DNA of 64,000 nucleotides from Neodothiora populina. Its lineage: Eukaryota. Shown in pieces: positions 10,915-26,347 of this stretch (positions within the stretch are counted from its first letter, which is position 1; the number at the start of each line of letters is the position of its first letter). Location: NCBI RefSeq assembly GCF_041146345.1, contig NW_027191409.1, positions 1,240,001 through 1,304,000 of the forward strand, in the 5' to 3' direction. Below the pieces are notes generated by a model. The model did no database searches. It worked only from the letters and a program-made list of their open reading frames with translations, and was not told where the DNA came from. Made by a program: the position numbers and the translations under genes.

Positions 10915-11965
10915 AGACGAGAGAGCTGAGTAAAAGAAGCTGTTTGTGATCTTTGCTAGCTTGCTTGTGCAATGGGGAGGGGCAGTATTTTCGGCTGTGA
11001 TGAAAGTGGACAAGATAGTTGAAGAGGTACTGATCAATGTTTTGTACGTAGTTGTATTAATCCAAGCATGTCTTTTGTTGAGTGTATCTTCCACTGTCGT
11101 GCATGTTGTTTCGAGCATGTAGATGGATAGCAATGAGACCTCAGGCTCGAAGTCAGGCATGGCCTGATATGTACACTGCTATGGTTTCCGTATCAGCAAT
11201 CAGATAACTCCCAGCGATAAAGCAAGAGCCTATCTCCTCTCACCCGGCCCGACTCTTATCGATAGCTTCTTGCCCTCACTTTCCTCAGTCATCCAACTCA
11301 TGTCTTCGTATTCGTATTCGTACCTTTCGGCACTCCATGAAAGTCCGACCCTGACAAATCCGTACACCAGTTGACCTTCACTCAGCACCCCGTGCAGACA
11401 CTGTTCTGCCGATTCCGAACGGTATTCGTGTAAGTAAGGTATGCTGCCTGCCTGCCCGCCTGCTAGTTGTGCGCAGAGTGAGTGTCCTGCTGTGACGAGG
11501 CTCACTGACATCATGACTGCCCGCGGCTTTTGATTCCCCACACTAAGGTACCTTACCTTACGAAGGTGGAGATATTGTGGAGACGAGGGGCACGCAGTTA
11601 GTGTAAGCATGCATACGACCTGATAGAGATAGTGGTGAGCGGGACGAGGTACCCGGAGAGGAATTCACTTAGTGGTGCTGCAGTACCGTCATCGTCACAT
11701 CTAACAATAGCTTCGGTAGCTTAGCGAGACCTCCCGCTGAGAGGTCGACTTTCGGTGCTTTCGGTCTTCGAATGCTTTGTAACTACCTTTCTCATTTCAC
11801 AAGCTGCATGTTATTGAAGCAAGAATATCGGACATAGAGAATATAAACACGGCCTGCTCTCCAAGGTGTAGAAACGCAAAACAACCAGCATATCTATCCA
11901 CTCTCACCACCCTCCCCCTAAGCGTCCAAACCAACCCCCACCCAATCCCCAATCCCAGCACGAAA

Positions 11966-12540
11966 ATGACAAAAGGAACAACCCTCTACCTCGCCTACAC
12001 AGCGCCCATAAACCCGCCCTCGGCAACGCCAGTCCTGACCCTCGCACAATGCTGGTCCGGGCTGCAGCTGAAGATCCGCGACGCGCCAGTCTTCGTGGGC
12101 GCCATTGCGTCGTGCGACGTGCTCGAGGACAGCGACGACGAGCGCTTCGGGACCGTTGTGCGCGAGGTCGTGTTCAAGAGTGATGCCAGTAAGAGCATCA
12201 AGGAGACGTGTGTCAGTTGTTGGCCGTGTAAGGTTCGTTTGTTTGCCTTGCTTACTTTTCCTACTGAGGAAGGGGATGAGTGAGGTGGTCGCTGATGCAC
12301 ATACAGGTCGACTTTCACCAACCCGACGGCTCCACGGTGACGAACACCATTTCACAGGGCCCGACGGGCCAGCCGGATGATTTGTGCATGACGTATTCGT
12401 TTCAGTGGTTGCTGCCGGACGTGGAGGCTGGAAGTAAGAAGGAGGATGAGGCGAGGACTCAGTACTCGGGCATGGCGAAGATGGCCGTGGATAAGAGTAT
12501 TGAGGCTATTAGACGACTGGTTGGGGAGGGGAAACTTTAG
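11966..12540 (+). CDS. DUF1857/AtaL-like START/SRPBCC-fold protein; exons 11966-12232, 12307-12540; ~166 aa
   Basis: LAYTAPINP..PVLT..Q.WSGLQLKIR..FV.AI..C.V, VVREVVF, |VDFHQPDGS.VTN.IS, MTYSFQW, MAKMAVDKSI..IR. Confidence 0.85.
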
Positions 12541-12941
12541 GAATTGAAGAGATGGTAGTTATTGGGAGGGGACATGGAGAATAATTAGTTGTTTACGGGT
12601 CACGCTGGTTTGGGTTCGAATCTTGGATATAAGTCGAATTGATTCAGATGAGTGTCAAAAAAGAGTTGCTTTTGTTCCTGCTTCATGCATTCATCGATCT
12701 ACTAAGTAGTGGTATCTTGAGTTTTAATCTTCTCCCATGCCGATCCTATGCCCGTGTCCATGTCCTGTGAAAGATGATGAATAGAACTTGTTGACAAATG
12801 GTAGTGATGGGATGAATCTGGGATGCGGGTAGCAGTGCAAGAACTAAAGCAAAATGTGGAGTTGTCATGTGCAATGTATCAATGTTTTGTGGACATCCTG
12901 GCTACGGAGTTTGAGTCCCAGGAGGCGAAAGACCTTGCTTC

Positions 12942-14470
12942 TTAGAAGAGATCTTCGGCCCGTCTACGCGGCTTTCCCTTCAACTTGTCCGCGAAGAGAT
13001 CCTCTCGTCCAGTGTTTCCTGCTCCAAGCTTGGAAGGGAAGAGCTCCTTGACCACAGGGTTGACTTCGCGAGAGGCGCCACGGATGGAGAAACCCGGGGA
13101 CTCGACTGCGCTACCTTTGATACTGAAGCCGTTTGGCGCTGCTGCTCGAGTATCGGCATTTGGACCTCCTGTTATGCGATCAGCAAGGCTACCTGCAGAT
13201 GTGTCAGTAATATGTCTGTCAATTGTAACGAAGAAGCGGCGAGTAGACCTACGTCTCGCGCGATTCGTCTCCTCGGAATCGAGAGCATCACTGCGACGGT
13301 GGTTGCTATGCGAGGTCTTGTTGGGGAACAATTCCCTGTTGCGCTTTGGAGGTGACACCAATTCGGGGACTGATTCGACGGTAGAGCCGTTGTTTGCCGG
13401 TAGACTGCCTTCGAGTGCGGATGATTTGGATGCCTTCGCTGGGAACAGTTCCTTCGGTGCGGTGTTGCCGCCTCTGTCGGCTATGAGGTCGCGTTGACGC
13501 GCCGGCGGGTCATTGCTCCTGCGACGGGCGGTCCTACGCATAGGTTGATCCTCGTCGAAGCCGAAACGACCGTCGCCATCTCTCACCGGTGAAGCGCTAC
13601 GGTCTCGCAATCTTCCTTGCGAGTTGCTGGCGAACAGATCCTCCTCTTCCGAACGCCTGCGTCCACCTCTTCCACCCTGATCCCGCGACGCGTAGCTGTC
13701 TCTGTCTCTTGGAACATAGCCTTCTCGTCCTCGACGAGCTCTGGGTTCGACCTCTGCTGCACCCTCGCCAGCATCGTCATCGTACATGCTGACATCGAAT
13801 TTCTGCTGCGGCTCTTCTCTCCGTCGTCTTTCGGGTCTCCTGCCATTTCCTCTCCTGCCGCGATCATCATAGTCTCTTCTCCTCTCTCGGGGGTCGTGGT
13901 CAGGGTTCATGAGGTAGAAGCGACTGCGCTCGTGGGCGCGCGGAGCCTTGACATCTCCAACAGTGGCCAGTCTGACTTCGAGTTCGGTCTCGGGATGTGT
14001 AGATAGCGACTTTGCTTTTCGCGACTGCAGAGGCGAGAGTTGCTCCGGGATGGACTCGGAGAGGTCTGAGAAAGCTCTGAGTGCTTCCTCGGCAGCTGCT
14101 TCGGTGTTGTAAACAATGTTGGCTGATGTGTCGTCGATCCACTCGACGCGCTGTTGTAGTTCGGCCGTCGAGTAGTGCTCCGAGGCGAACTGCCGGATAT
14201 CTTGAGTGGTGAAGTTGTCCAGGCCGCGGACGTTGACTTTGGTAGGCACGGGTCGCGACTTGTCTTCCTCGACGGGCATCTCATCATCGATAGAAGTGTT
14301 TTGCGGTGGAGGTGCCGCAGCAAGTGCTTGCTGAAAACATGTCAATTCCAGTGGTCGCAACAGGTCGTGTAGATACTACACACAATCTTCAGAGCCTCGG
14401 CCTCCAGGGCTGCGATCTCTGGGTCGACGGTGAGGTCGATGTCCATATCGACATCCATGTTATCAGCCAT
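12942..14470 (-). CDS. NCBP3: Nuclear cap-binding protein subunit 3 (NCBP3/DUF2414)-like; exons 14470-14384, 14330-13253, 13192-12942
   Basis: KVNVRGLDNFTTQDI..RVEWIDDTSANIVY..VRLAT.GDVK...ERSRFYLMNP, an RS/R-rich tail and RRRAEDLF. Confidence 0.88.
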
Positions 14471-15711
14471 GATGGTGGCTGCCGAGGTATACAGTATCGC
14501 GCAGGTGTGTTGTCGGAGGGCAAGCACTCGTCGCGCTCTCGAATGATTTGCCTTGTATTCAAAAGTGACTATGTGATGTTGTCAAAGAACAAAGGTGGCG
14601 ATAGGTATAGCAAAGTAAGGTAATCAGTAAATAAAAGAGTCAGATGGAAAGAGACAATCAGCGTCGAGGAAGCTCAGCTGAGTCGCGAGTCATGCTTAGC
14701 ATATCAGATGGCTGTGTACGGAGCAGGTAAGATAGGCAGCACATATCAAACGATTATTCGAGTGAATACAAGGCTACAACCACTCCTGTTTTTGTACTGC
14801 ACATCCGGCGTGAAACATCAGTACCGGATGTGGTATCATCAAGACACATCTGCTAGACCTGCTGTCAAGTTGCCTTTGCGTGCAACAAGACTGCAATTCA
14901 CGCTTGCCCTCGGCGAATGTGCCACTGCACTCACAGGCATATAAAGCTCTTACAGCATGACATGGTGTCGACTACCTTACGAAACAATACTACGCGAAGC
15001 GAGTAGATTGTATTTATGGTGCGCTCCACGTCCTCCAGAGGGAGGCAACGCACTCAACATTGACTACTTCGAGGGAGTATTCGAGTGCATACAGAGCAGC
15101 CATTTCGAGTGCAAGTCGAGCAAGGTAGCATTGACACTGTAGACGAATTCACAAGATAATAGAAGCAAAGAAAAGTATGTAACCAAGCTGATTCCCGAAA
15201 TATCCTGATGATCGGAACGATCTTTCCACTCGGGCGCCCAGCAAAAAAGGTTGTCTCATCTACGCCAGCGCGAAAACAAAATTGCCAGAGAAAGGCAAGA
15301 ATGTCGATAGTAATGTGTTTTATTATGAAGCTGGCGGGTGTTTTAGTGGAGAGAAAGAGGAAAAAGCAGTGAATCCAGTCGAGTTTTGTACAATCGGTGT
15401 ATGGGTGGCCCGTGCGATGCCAAGATGTGATTGGCTTGTCCAGAACAGAACCAGGCAGCCAGGCAGAGATGGGGTTGGCAGAAATAGGCCTTACGTCTCC
15501 AGAAACAGAGGGAGAGCGACTTGAGGAGCTTCCGATCAAGGGTTCTAGATTGAAGCCAGTTGTATCATAACAACACACCACCACTTCTTGATACCTTGAC
15601 CTCTATTCGCGCCCGCAGCAGCCAGCAGAGCTAGTCGACGCCCTTTCTGTGACATACGCGACAACAACTGATCCGCGGGTGAGGGACCACTCAGATTTGG
15701 ATATAGATATA

Positions 15712-15735
15712 TACATACATACATACATACACACA
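15712..15735 (+). repeat. (TACA)n microsatellite in the SEC23 5' leader
   Basis: tacatacatacatacatacacaca, ending about 12 nt before the ATG at 15748. Confidence 0.8.
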
Positions 15736-15747
15736 GACAACACCAAC

Positions 15748-18374
<2,627 letters not shown>

Positions 18375-19482
18375 GCCCTTTTTTTCCCCCCTTCCTTGTC
18401 ACGCTGAGATTGTGGTGGCTGGGTCCTGGGTTTTTCTTGTCGCTGTACAGAACAGAGAAGAGAGACGCGAAAGACAAGAGAGGGAGAGAAGGCTGTGTCT
18501 CGAGTATGGAAGAGAAAAGTGCCAAAGTAGGCTGCTGCTGAATGAATGGGGACCGGGTTCGAGAGCAGCGCATTCCACATCACTACTGTTGCAAATACTA
18601 CACTACTACCACCACTGCTAAAGAAATGAGATATCGCAAGTTTTTGGAAAATCGAATCGAGAGAGTCTGGAACCAAGGCTGTCTTTTTCTTCTTTTCTTC
18701 CTTCCCGTGCAACGACGTGAGGTAATCAGTGACTCGTACACAATCGGCATGAACTCGGCACTGTATGAGAAGACATAAAACCGGTATGACATGAACCAGT
18801 ACGCAAGACCCAAGGGATACCATAGCATAGCAAGGCCCTCAAATACCATAAAACACGACGTGAAAAAGCACATGGCAAACAAGAGATAGGTAAGAGGCAA
18901 CAATAGTACATATGACATGAAACAGTGTGGAAAAAAAAGAGGCAGGTAAAGTGGTATCTATATAAACCCCCATGCCATCATCAAAAATCGAAAAGACATG
19001 CATAGGAAAAAAAAAAGAGAAAAGGAGGACCAACAAGAACAGCCTAGGTAGGTAGCTTCATCTTGACCTCGTGTCGACTTTGATCTTGTCCACATCTCAC
19101 ATCCAATGTTCCAAGAGTGAATCCGCAGAAGAAACAAGTAGCTCGGACGGTACAGCCGGGAATATAAGCAGACGTACTTCGATGTGCATGATGAAAGAGA
19201 AGAAAGCAAAAAGGAGTAATGGCCGTGGCATATACTAGCAAAGGAAAAGAAAAAAAGAAGAAAAAAGCCGCTCTTTCTCGGTTTGGGGGATGCGAAAAGA
19301 ACGCCCCCGGGGGATATCGAACTAAACAAGAAAGGAAAAAAAAAAGAAAAACACAGAAAAGGGGCGTCTAGACTTCCGTTGAACCCGCCCACCCACAAAA
19401 CAGACTTCTGGCAGAGCTCAAACAAACCCATCAACAAAAAAAAGCCATTGCTGCAGCGCGCATGTTCACAGGAAAAGAGATA

Positions 19483-21898
19483 CTATCGGCCATCAAAGTC
19501 GCTCAGGTAATCGCCCGACCCAACCCACCCTCCATTGTTGCCATTGCCGTTAACGCCCATACCCAGTCCCTGTACTGCGCCGCCGTTCGTTTGCGTCGGC
19601 ATGGGTGAAGGCACACCGAAAGAGCCCATTTCGTTCTCGCTCAGCGCGTCCCACTCGCCGCCGCTGCTGGTGGCATCGAAACTGCTGCGGCCGCTGAAGT
19701 CCATCTCTTCCGGGATGGGCGCCGAGTTGGCGGGCGCGCTCCAGTCGAAACTGGCCAGTTCGGGATAAGTCTGTAACAGAGCGGCTGGCAGAAGAGGGTG
19801 GAATTGCGGCTGCTGCATGGTCATTGGCGTCACAGCGAATCCGGCCTGCTCGTTCTGCATTTGTTGTTGCTGGTGTTGGGCCTGTTCTTGCTGCCACTGC
19901 CGTTGACGCTCAGCCGCTTCTTCGTCTAGTAATGGTCGGATGCATATGCGACCGGCTTCGGAGCGGAAGTGACGACCCAGAGCATCGGCGCGTGCGAAGC
20001 GCCGCCCGCATCCCCATTGCTCGCCTGTGGAAAGAGCGCCTTTGCAGACAAACTTCTTCTCGCCAGAATGGAGGCCTTCATGGCGCTTGCGATCGTGCTG
20101 TCGAGCAAAAGCCTTGCCGCAAATTGTGCAAACAAAGGGCCGTTCGTCGGTGTGGGTGCGCAGATGCGATCGCAGGTTGTATGCTCGCGTGAACCTCTTG
20201 TCGCAGAGTGTACAGGCGAAATTGGCAGGATGCTTCTGCACACGCTTCGGATCGTGCCCGTTCTCGCCGGCGCGTTCAGGATTCGCAAGATCGAGATAGT
20301 ATTTGCGCGGTGCCGAAGAGGCCGATGAAGCCCGTGATCGGTTGCCGCTGATTGACGAAGACGGCGAGGGAGACCTTGATGATGGGTGTCGATTGTCATG
20401 TGGTGAGAGCGAGTCCTTGTCATGCTTGTAGGGCTGCAATGAGGGCGATCGACCACGTCCAGCGAAGCCTGGAGTCGACGGTCGTGTCAAGGGGTTGGCA
20501 AAAGAATCAGATTTCGCGCGTTCTCTGTTCCGACTTGGACCTGATAATGTCTTGTTAGCAGAGAGCGACCGAGGAACAGCTCGGAATGAGCAACTTACTC
20601 CTGTCGGGTGGACTGAGGGTATCTTCTTGTTTCACGACAGCAATATTAGGCTCAAAGCTGGCTTGTCTCGAGGGAGGTGCGAATTCGATGTTGATCTCAG
20701 GAGGCGACATGACATCGGCTTGTCCAAAGTCGCCAGGGCTGTTGTGCCCGCTCAGTTGAGGGAACGGCTCAGACCCACTGTTCTGGTAGAGGTCGGATGC
20801 ACCTCCGTTCTGCTGGCTCATGTCCGGGGAGAATCCGAAATTGTTCAGGCTCGTATATTCGGGCAGAGCTTGCTGCGGCGACAGTTGCGGCATGAGGTGT
20901 GGCGAGACGTGAGGGCTAGGCCCAGGGCTTATATGAGCTTGTCCGAGCTGGGGGTCTGACAGAGTGAACTGACCCAGACCAAGACCGTCTGAGAACAGAG
21001 GGTGGTCTTGTGCGTTCAACATAGGCGATGCGTCAAAGTCATCGGCAGCTCCCAGATAAGGGGAGGCCTGGTTCGAGTGTGTTGAGATTTCAGAATAAGT
21101 GTCCGAGGGAGCACGTCTGTGGCCTTGAAAGGCTCGGCCGTTGGCCCAATCATTGCCGTGGTAGCCTATAGGCGGGAACGCTGCGCTGGCAGGGTCGAGT
21201 GACTCGGACCTGGGACGGTTGTCGTTGAAAGGCGGCTGCTGGAAGCCGGGTGAAGCGTGAGGACTCGGGCTCTGAGAGGTGTTGCGCACCCCAGTATGCA
21301 GGAGGTGAGGCGGGGTGGGGCTGTGATGGGTCGCCGCAGCAGCAGCCATGGCGTCCAGAGATAGTGATGATGTGTCAAAGGTTTGCTGTAGTATTTGATT
21401 GTTGCTGCTGTTGTTGCCGTTGCTGTATAGCAGGGTTGGGTCTAGTGCCAGGTTGGACGCTTCGATATCAAAGTTTGGGAAGCTGGATGCTTCACTCGAG
21501 TTACTGTAGGGCGAAGGGACATTCAAGTTGACAGAACTTGAGCCTGGCGAGAAGCTGTCGTTGTTCTGCTGATTGTAGTTCGGTTGAACGTACGACGTGT
21601 TCTGGAGTGATTGCGGCAACGGACTGGTCTGAGCCTGGAGGAAGGTGTGCTGCGTGATGTCGCCCGCTTGGCCTGGTGCTTGGAACTGTTGCTCAAAGTC
21701 TAGCAGAGTGGCTTGAGGGTTGAGGAACTGCGCGTCCTGTTGTTGTTGGAAGGCTGAAGAGTATTGCTGACCGAATTGTTGCTGGTATGACTGATCAAGC
21801 GAGGGGTGAGGGTGAGGCGACACGGAGGCAGAGCTGGTTAAATGTGGATTATGGGCAGCAGACAGCGATCTGCCGCGACTGTGATCGTTGTTCATCAT
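19483..21898 (-). CDS. CRZ1: Calcineurin-responsive C2H2 zinc-finger transcription factor Crz1/CrzA; exons 21898-20599, 20540-19483; ~785 aa
   Basis: HRRAPSD, calcineurin-docking-like [41 protein letters not shown] and [26 protein letters not shown]. Confidence 0.96.
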
Positions 21899-22844
21899 GC
21901 GCCGAGTATGCTTGGTATACAGTAAGAAAGTCAACGATGGTGCGCTGAGACCATAGCACGGGGAAGGTTGAGGCTGATGTCGAGGTGCTGCGGCGCGATG
22001 ATGCGATGATGCGATGCACAAATGTACGGTATAGGATGATGGGGGGGCCAGGGAAGGAAGGAAGGCAGATCGAGTCAAGGCTTGACTTGTTCGCGCTCTC
22101 AGGTACGGCTACGACGTGTGGGTGAATCGAGGCGGAGTAATACAGATTGCGCAGAAGGAGCAGGAACGGGGACAGGGGATATCTAAACTGTACCGGGGGT
22201 GGAGAGCGCAGCAAGAAGCAGAAATAGGTGATATGATTGGATTGGACAAGAAGCAGTGCAGTGAATTGTGAACAAGATATCAAAATAAGGTATCTGGAGC
22301 GTGATACCCGAGCAAGGCAGCAACACTTCCCGTCTTCCGTCACTGTTCTATCGAGGGTCGGCCACGGTCCGGAAAAGTAGAAAAAGAGGGAGATCAGGAA
22401 GTGATTAGCCCCTCAGCGCCGGTGGGACTTTGCTCAGCCTTGACCGGTCTTGAACAGCACTTTACAAGACAATTGGTTTGGGAGGGGGGTCCCTTGGGCT
22501 GTGCTCATGCTTCCTTCACTACTTGGGGCCTAACCTACCTACCTAAGATAACCTACCTGACCTTACTGTACCTATCTAAGCGTACCTTGAGCTTGCTTTC
22601 ACTCACTGTTCCCCACATTCCAAAGCTGCCCTTTGCTCACCTCTCGTCAGTTTCCCCGAGCCTATGTTCAAGCCTAAGCCAAGCTCAGGCACACTAAGTA
22701 CTGCACAAGCATCTGTCCTCCAAACCGTGGACACGCCTGTGAGACATTTCGCATGCCGCTATCGATATGTACACGCTGCGCCCACGAGGACGAGAAGTAT
22801 GGTCAATGTTCTCTGAACTTTATCAGCTGTATGGGTTCCTCAGG

Positions 22845-23322
22845 CCACAGCCAGCGCCTGCAGCTTCCCTGTCTGTTGGAGACACGAAAGACAGAAAGTC
22901 TGTTCGCGCTTGCGCCCACGCTCGCGCGCGTGGCTTTCCCAATTGGTTGGTCGACCAGCATTGCGAACATGACTGGGAAGGTTTCTATTCTTGGATCAAG
23001 CCCAGCGCCAATCTTCAAAATAACCAACGTGTGTGCTACAAGTACAGTACTCGGCCAAGTGACTAGAGTAGACCTGCATCTGATGTGCGACGCTTCCATG
23101 TATTTTCTTTCCTTCTTTCTATAGCGTGAAATCCGCGATACGAGTTACCAGCTGTAGAAACCGGGGCAGACCTACGTGTTTCACGCTTCCATATGACGGC
23201 ATGACATGTGCGACACGAGTAATGAATTTCCTGCGGCCAAGGTGCGCTTTAGGTACTTCCCGTGACACTGCGCTACAGGGAATGGATCCTCCATGCTGTA
23301 CCTTGACGTCTCCACAGCCAGC
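22845..23322. promoter_or_regulatory. Two copies of CCACAGCCAGC (22845-22855, 23312-23322) upstream of crz1; candidate Crz1-binding sites
   Basis: An identical 11-mer occurs twice and contains CAC[A/T]GCC, the motif reported for Crz1 in filamentous fungi. Confidence 0.45.
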
Positions 23323-24114
23323 ATAGCCCGCCCCGGACGGTATGCAAGTAGCTTCCTGCCTAAAAACGGCCCAGCACTGCCACTCTTACATACCGTAAAT
23401 ATCATACTTTGACAACGTGCAAACATGCATGTTCCATGAACGGTTCCCACCGAAAGTCAATCCCAAGACAAAGGTCCGTCGTGCGTTCTATGACATTGCG
23501 GTGAGCAAAGGAAATCTATCATGCGCGCGTCGAGGCTATAAACGTCATACAATCATTTGCATGTGTTTTCCCACCTCGTCACAAAAATCGAGGCATTGGT
23601 GATGGTCAGACCACATGTGCAGGCGTGCAATCAGCTGTACTGTTTTTATATCCGTATTTCTAAATATGCTGGTGGATTCTCAAATCACTCTTGCGCATCT
23701 GCTCGCTTTGTCAGGCGTCTTTAAATACACCTTCTGCAGGATCTGGTCAACATTGGTACCGTAGCTGATGCAGCGTACTCCGACTGCTTTTCGTATGGTC
23801 CTCTTGTCCTATACTGACCAACCGATGGCATTTGTGTGTGTTCTGAACGATGCCAATATCATTGCACTGAGATTGCAATCATAGCGTGGTGCGCTGATAC
23901 AGACTTGCGCCGTGAAGAAGTCTGGGTCTTCTCCGGTAAGGCTCACATGCCGAATGGTGGTCGGGGCTGCGTGATCTTGCACCAGTACCAGTTTGGCGTG
24001 ACAAGACTTGTATTGAATCTCGACTATTGGCTCGACCACATCCGAGTATGGGACGAAACATGTTTTTGTTTAGTCTACGGTCTATTATACCGTAGTGCTT
24101 ATTGGTCTGCATCA

Positions 24115-25253
24115 TCATGAGAGCCTGGTGAGCCACCACATGAAGCCGAGCTGGACAACGTAGGCGTACACAGCGAGGAATCGGATTCTTCGGTTGCGTT
24201 GCGGTTTGGCGACCGCCTGAGCATTCGTTGTGTTGTCAGGCAATAGAACATACTTGAGGGATCTTAGCTGCACTTATGTCAGTCAATCGAAAAGAACAAA
24301 AACCTCTAACGATGCTCACCAAGAAAAAGGCAATGGCCATGTAGGTGTACACGAAGACGGACCAGCCGACCCAGCCGCCGGTACTCTTGCCGCCTGACGT
24401 GATGGAGCTGATGGCGACTGTAGCAATGATGCCGACGAACTTGTAGCCAGAGTATGCAACCAGATCTAATAGCTGAGATTCGTTGGAGATGTTAAGGAGA
24501 TAGGTTCCAAGTTTGAGCAACATGATCTCGATGACAACGGTGAGGAAGGCATTCGTTGCAGTCAGACCCAGTAGTTCCGGACGGAATGCGCCCCGAATAC
24601 CCGCAAGGAGAGTCGAAAGAAGAACGTAGGTGACAAAGGCCATGACTAGATATGTTCAGCATGGGGATTTTCTCGGTTGACAATGCTGGGGCTGACCTGG
24701 GATATACATGTCAGGGCTGTTGATGTCCTCCCTCGGGGGTAGGAAGTATGGTCCCTGGCCATTCGATGACATGGGCTGCTGCTGGCGCGACCAAGGTCTG
24801 TGACGCCATGGAAATAGAACGAGGCAGAGCTTGTTGACAACATAAGAGTTGGAGACATTGAAATAGTGCTTGAGACGGCCGACATTGACATAGCGATTGA
24901 ACTGAAATAGAGAGTCAGCGCTGACCATGGAGAAATCATGACTACAGTCTCGAGACCACATACGTTTTGTTCCATGTATTGCTGTCCGGCATCGAAGGCG
25001 GTCTTGCCAACCTGTAGACCCATCTGAGCAGTAGGATCGTTTATGAAGCCGCCGAACGGAGCCTGTCCATAGCCTGCTCCCATGCCGGCTTGCGGACCGC
25101 CGTATCCATAGCCGCCCTGCTGTTGCTGTTGCGCAGCCATCATGGAAGGAGGAGGAGGGGATCGTAATTGAGGTACTGTTGATACGTGTTGCGGAACAGG
25201 GTGATGGAGAGGGGGGACTGGGCAGGCCCCATGCCGTAAGCTGGACGCTGCAT
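24115..25253 (-). CDS. YIF1: ER-to-Golgi transport protein Yif1; exons 25253-24964, 24901-24697, 24645-24320, 24267-24115, with an apparent 1-nt frameshift at 25211-25216 (alternative start 25143)
   Basis: LKHYFNVSNSYVVNKL.LVLFPWRH.PWSR, PPREDINSPDMYIP, LLDLVAYSGYKFVG, FFL|LRSLKY. Confidence 0.93.
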
Positions 25254-26347
25254 AGCTTGGAACTGGTCAAGGAGAGTGGCAGATAAGGGAATGTGGTGGA
25301 CCAACGAAAGGTATAATATGCAATCGTGAACACCTTAGTCCTCGATATTAGACTGCTATCTTACCTATTATAACACAGACTAAGGGTAAGATACAGGTGC
25401 CTTCCTATGATGAATCCTGGGGGCTACGTAGCGTCGGGAGCTTGGCAAAACAACATTGATGCGTGCAAACATCGTCTTCGCTCGTCCACTACTCGTGCGG
25501 CGTCTTGTCCGCTTCCATGCATGACTCGACCGAGAAGAGCCGAGTTCAAGCATCGATTATGAGCGACCACTAGAAAGACCTCACTTCGACCTAATTAACG
25601 AACCCTTCACGTTGCACCCATTCTCCATTCGATTCAGATGAACACAATCGCTGCCCGAACTTCTGGCTCTGCCGGTCTACGAGTCTTTCTCTCGCGATTG
25701 TAGACTTTAGTCGTCCGAAGAAACCAAGGACCTTCCTACCAATCCCTAACGCCTCTATCATCGTCAACACCATTACCCTTGACATCTAGTAATCCTTTTG
25801 TACGATAATCAAATCCACGCCGCAGACTCGACAGCTTACTTACTATTCCCTAGCGTGACCAGTACATAGCTGCCAACAATGAAATGTGCACTGTCAATCT
25901 TGCACTTATGTTACATTTCTAAGCTTTTAACTGAGCAAATAACTTGCTCAGTAACAGAGCAAGTATTTGCTTTACATGATTGGCGAACCGAACTTGTCTA
26001 TTCCATGTATCTCTATGCTTGACCTTGTTCATCTTGAAATAATAATGGTGGGTGAAGTTCTGAATCTATTGTCACACGAATCGCAAGAGTCTCATTTATA
26101 ATCTGGGTATTGATATATTTCATTTGTGTAAACTTTGCCTATGTAGCAAGAGTATATAAAACCCCAAAGCAAAGTATAAATAACGCCGGGTTGTATGAAC
26201 AGTTTGAAAAAAAAGATTCCATCTGCGTATCGACAGGGAAACATCGCTAACATGACTTTGCAAGACGTGGTGGGGGGATATCCAGTTTCCACCAAATTTT
26301 CCTCGTACTGAAGTTCATCAGTTCTTCTTTTTCGTCGACACAGCTGC

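Noticed and set aside
11230..11610. 126-aa minus-strand ORF containing YEYEYE and splice-like signals
   Set aside because: No recognisable domain. The repeat is just (TTCGTA)3, and I could not build a convincing gene model.
12612..12623. GGTTCGAATC, resembling a tRNA T-loop/B-box
   Set aside because: No acceptor, D or anticodon stems could be formed around it, and it lies just downstream of a stop codon.
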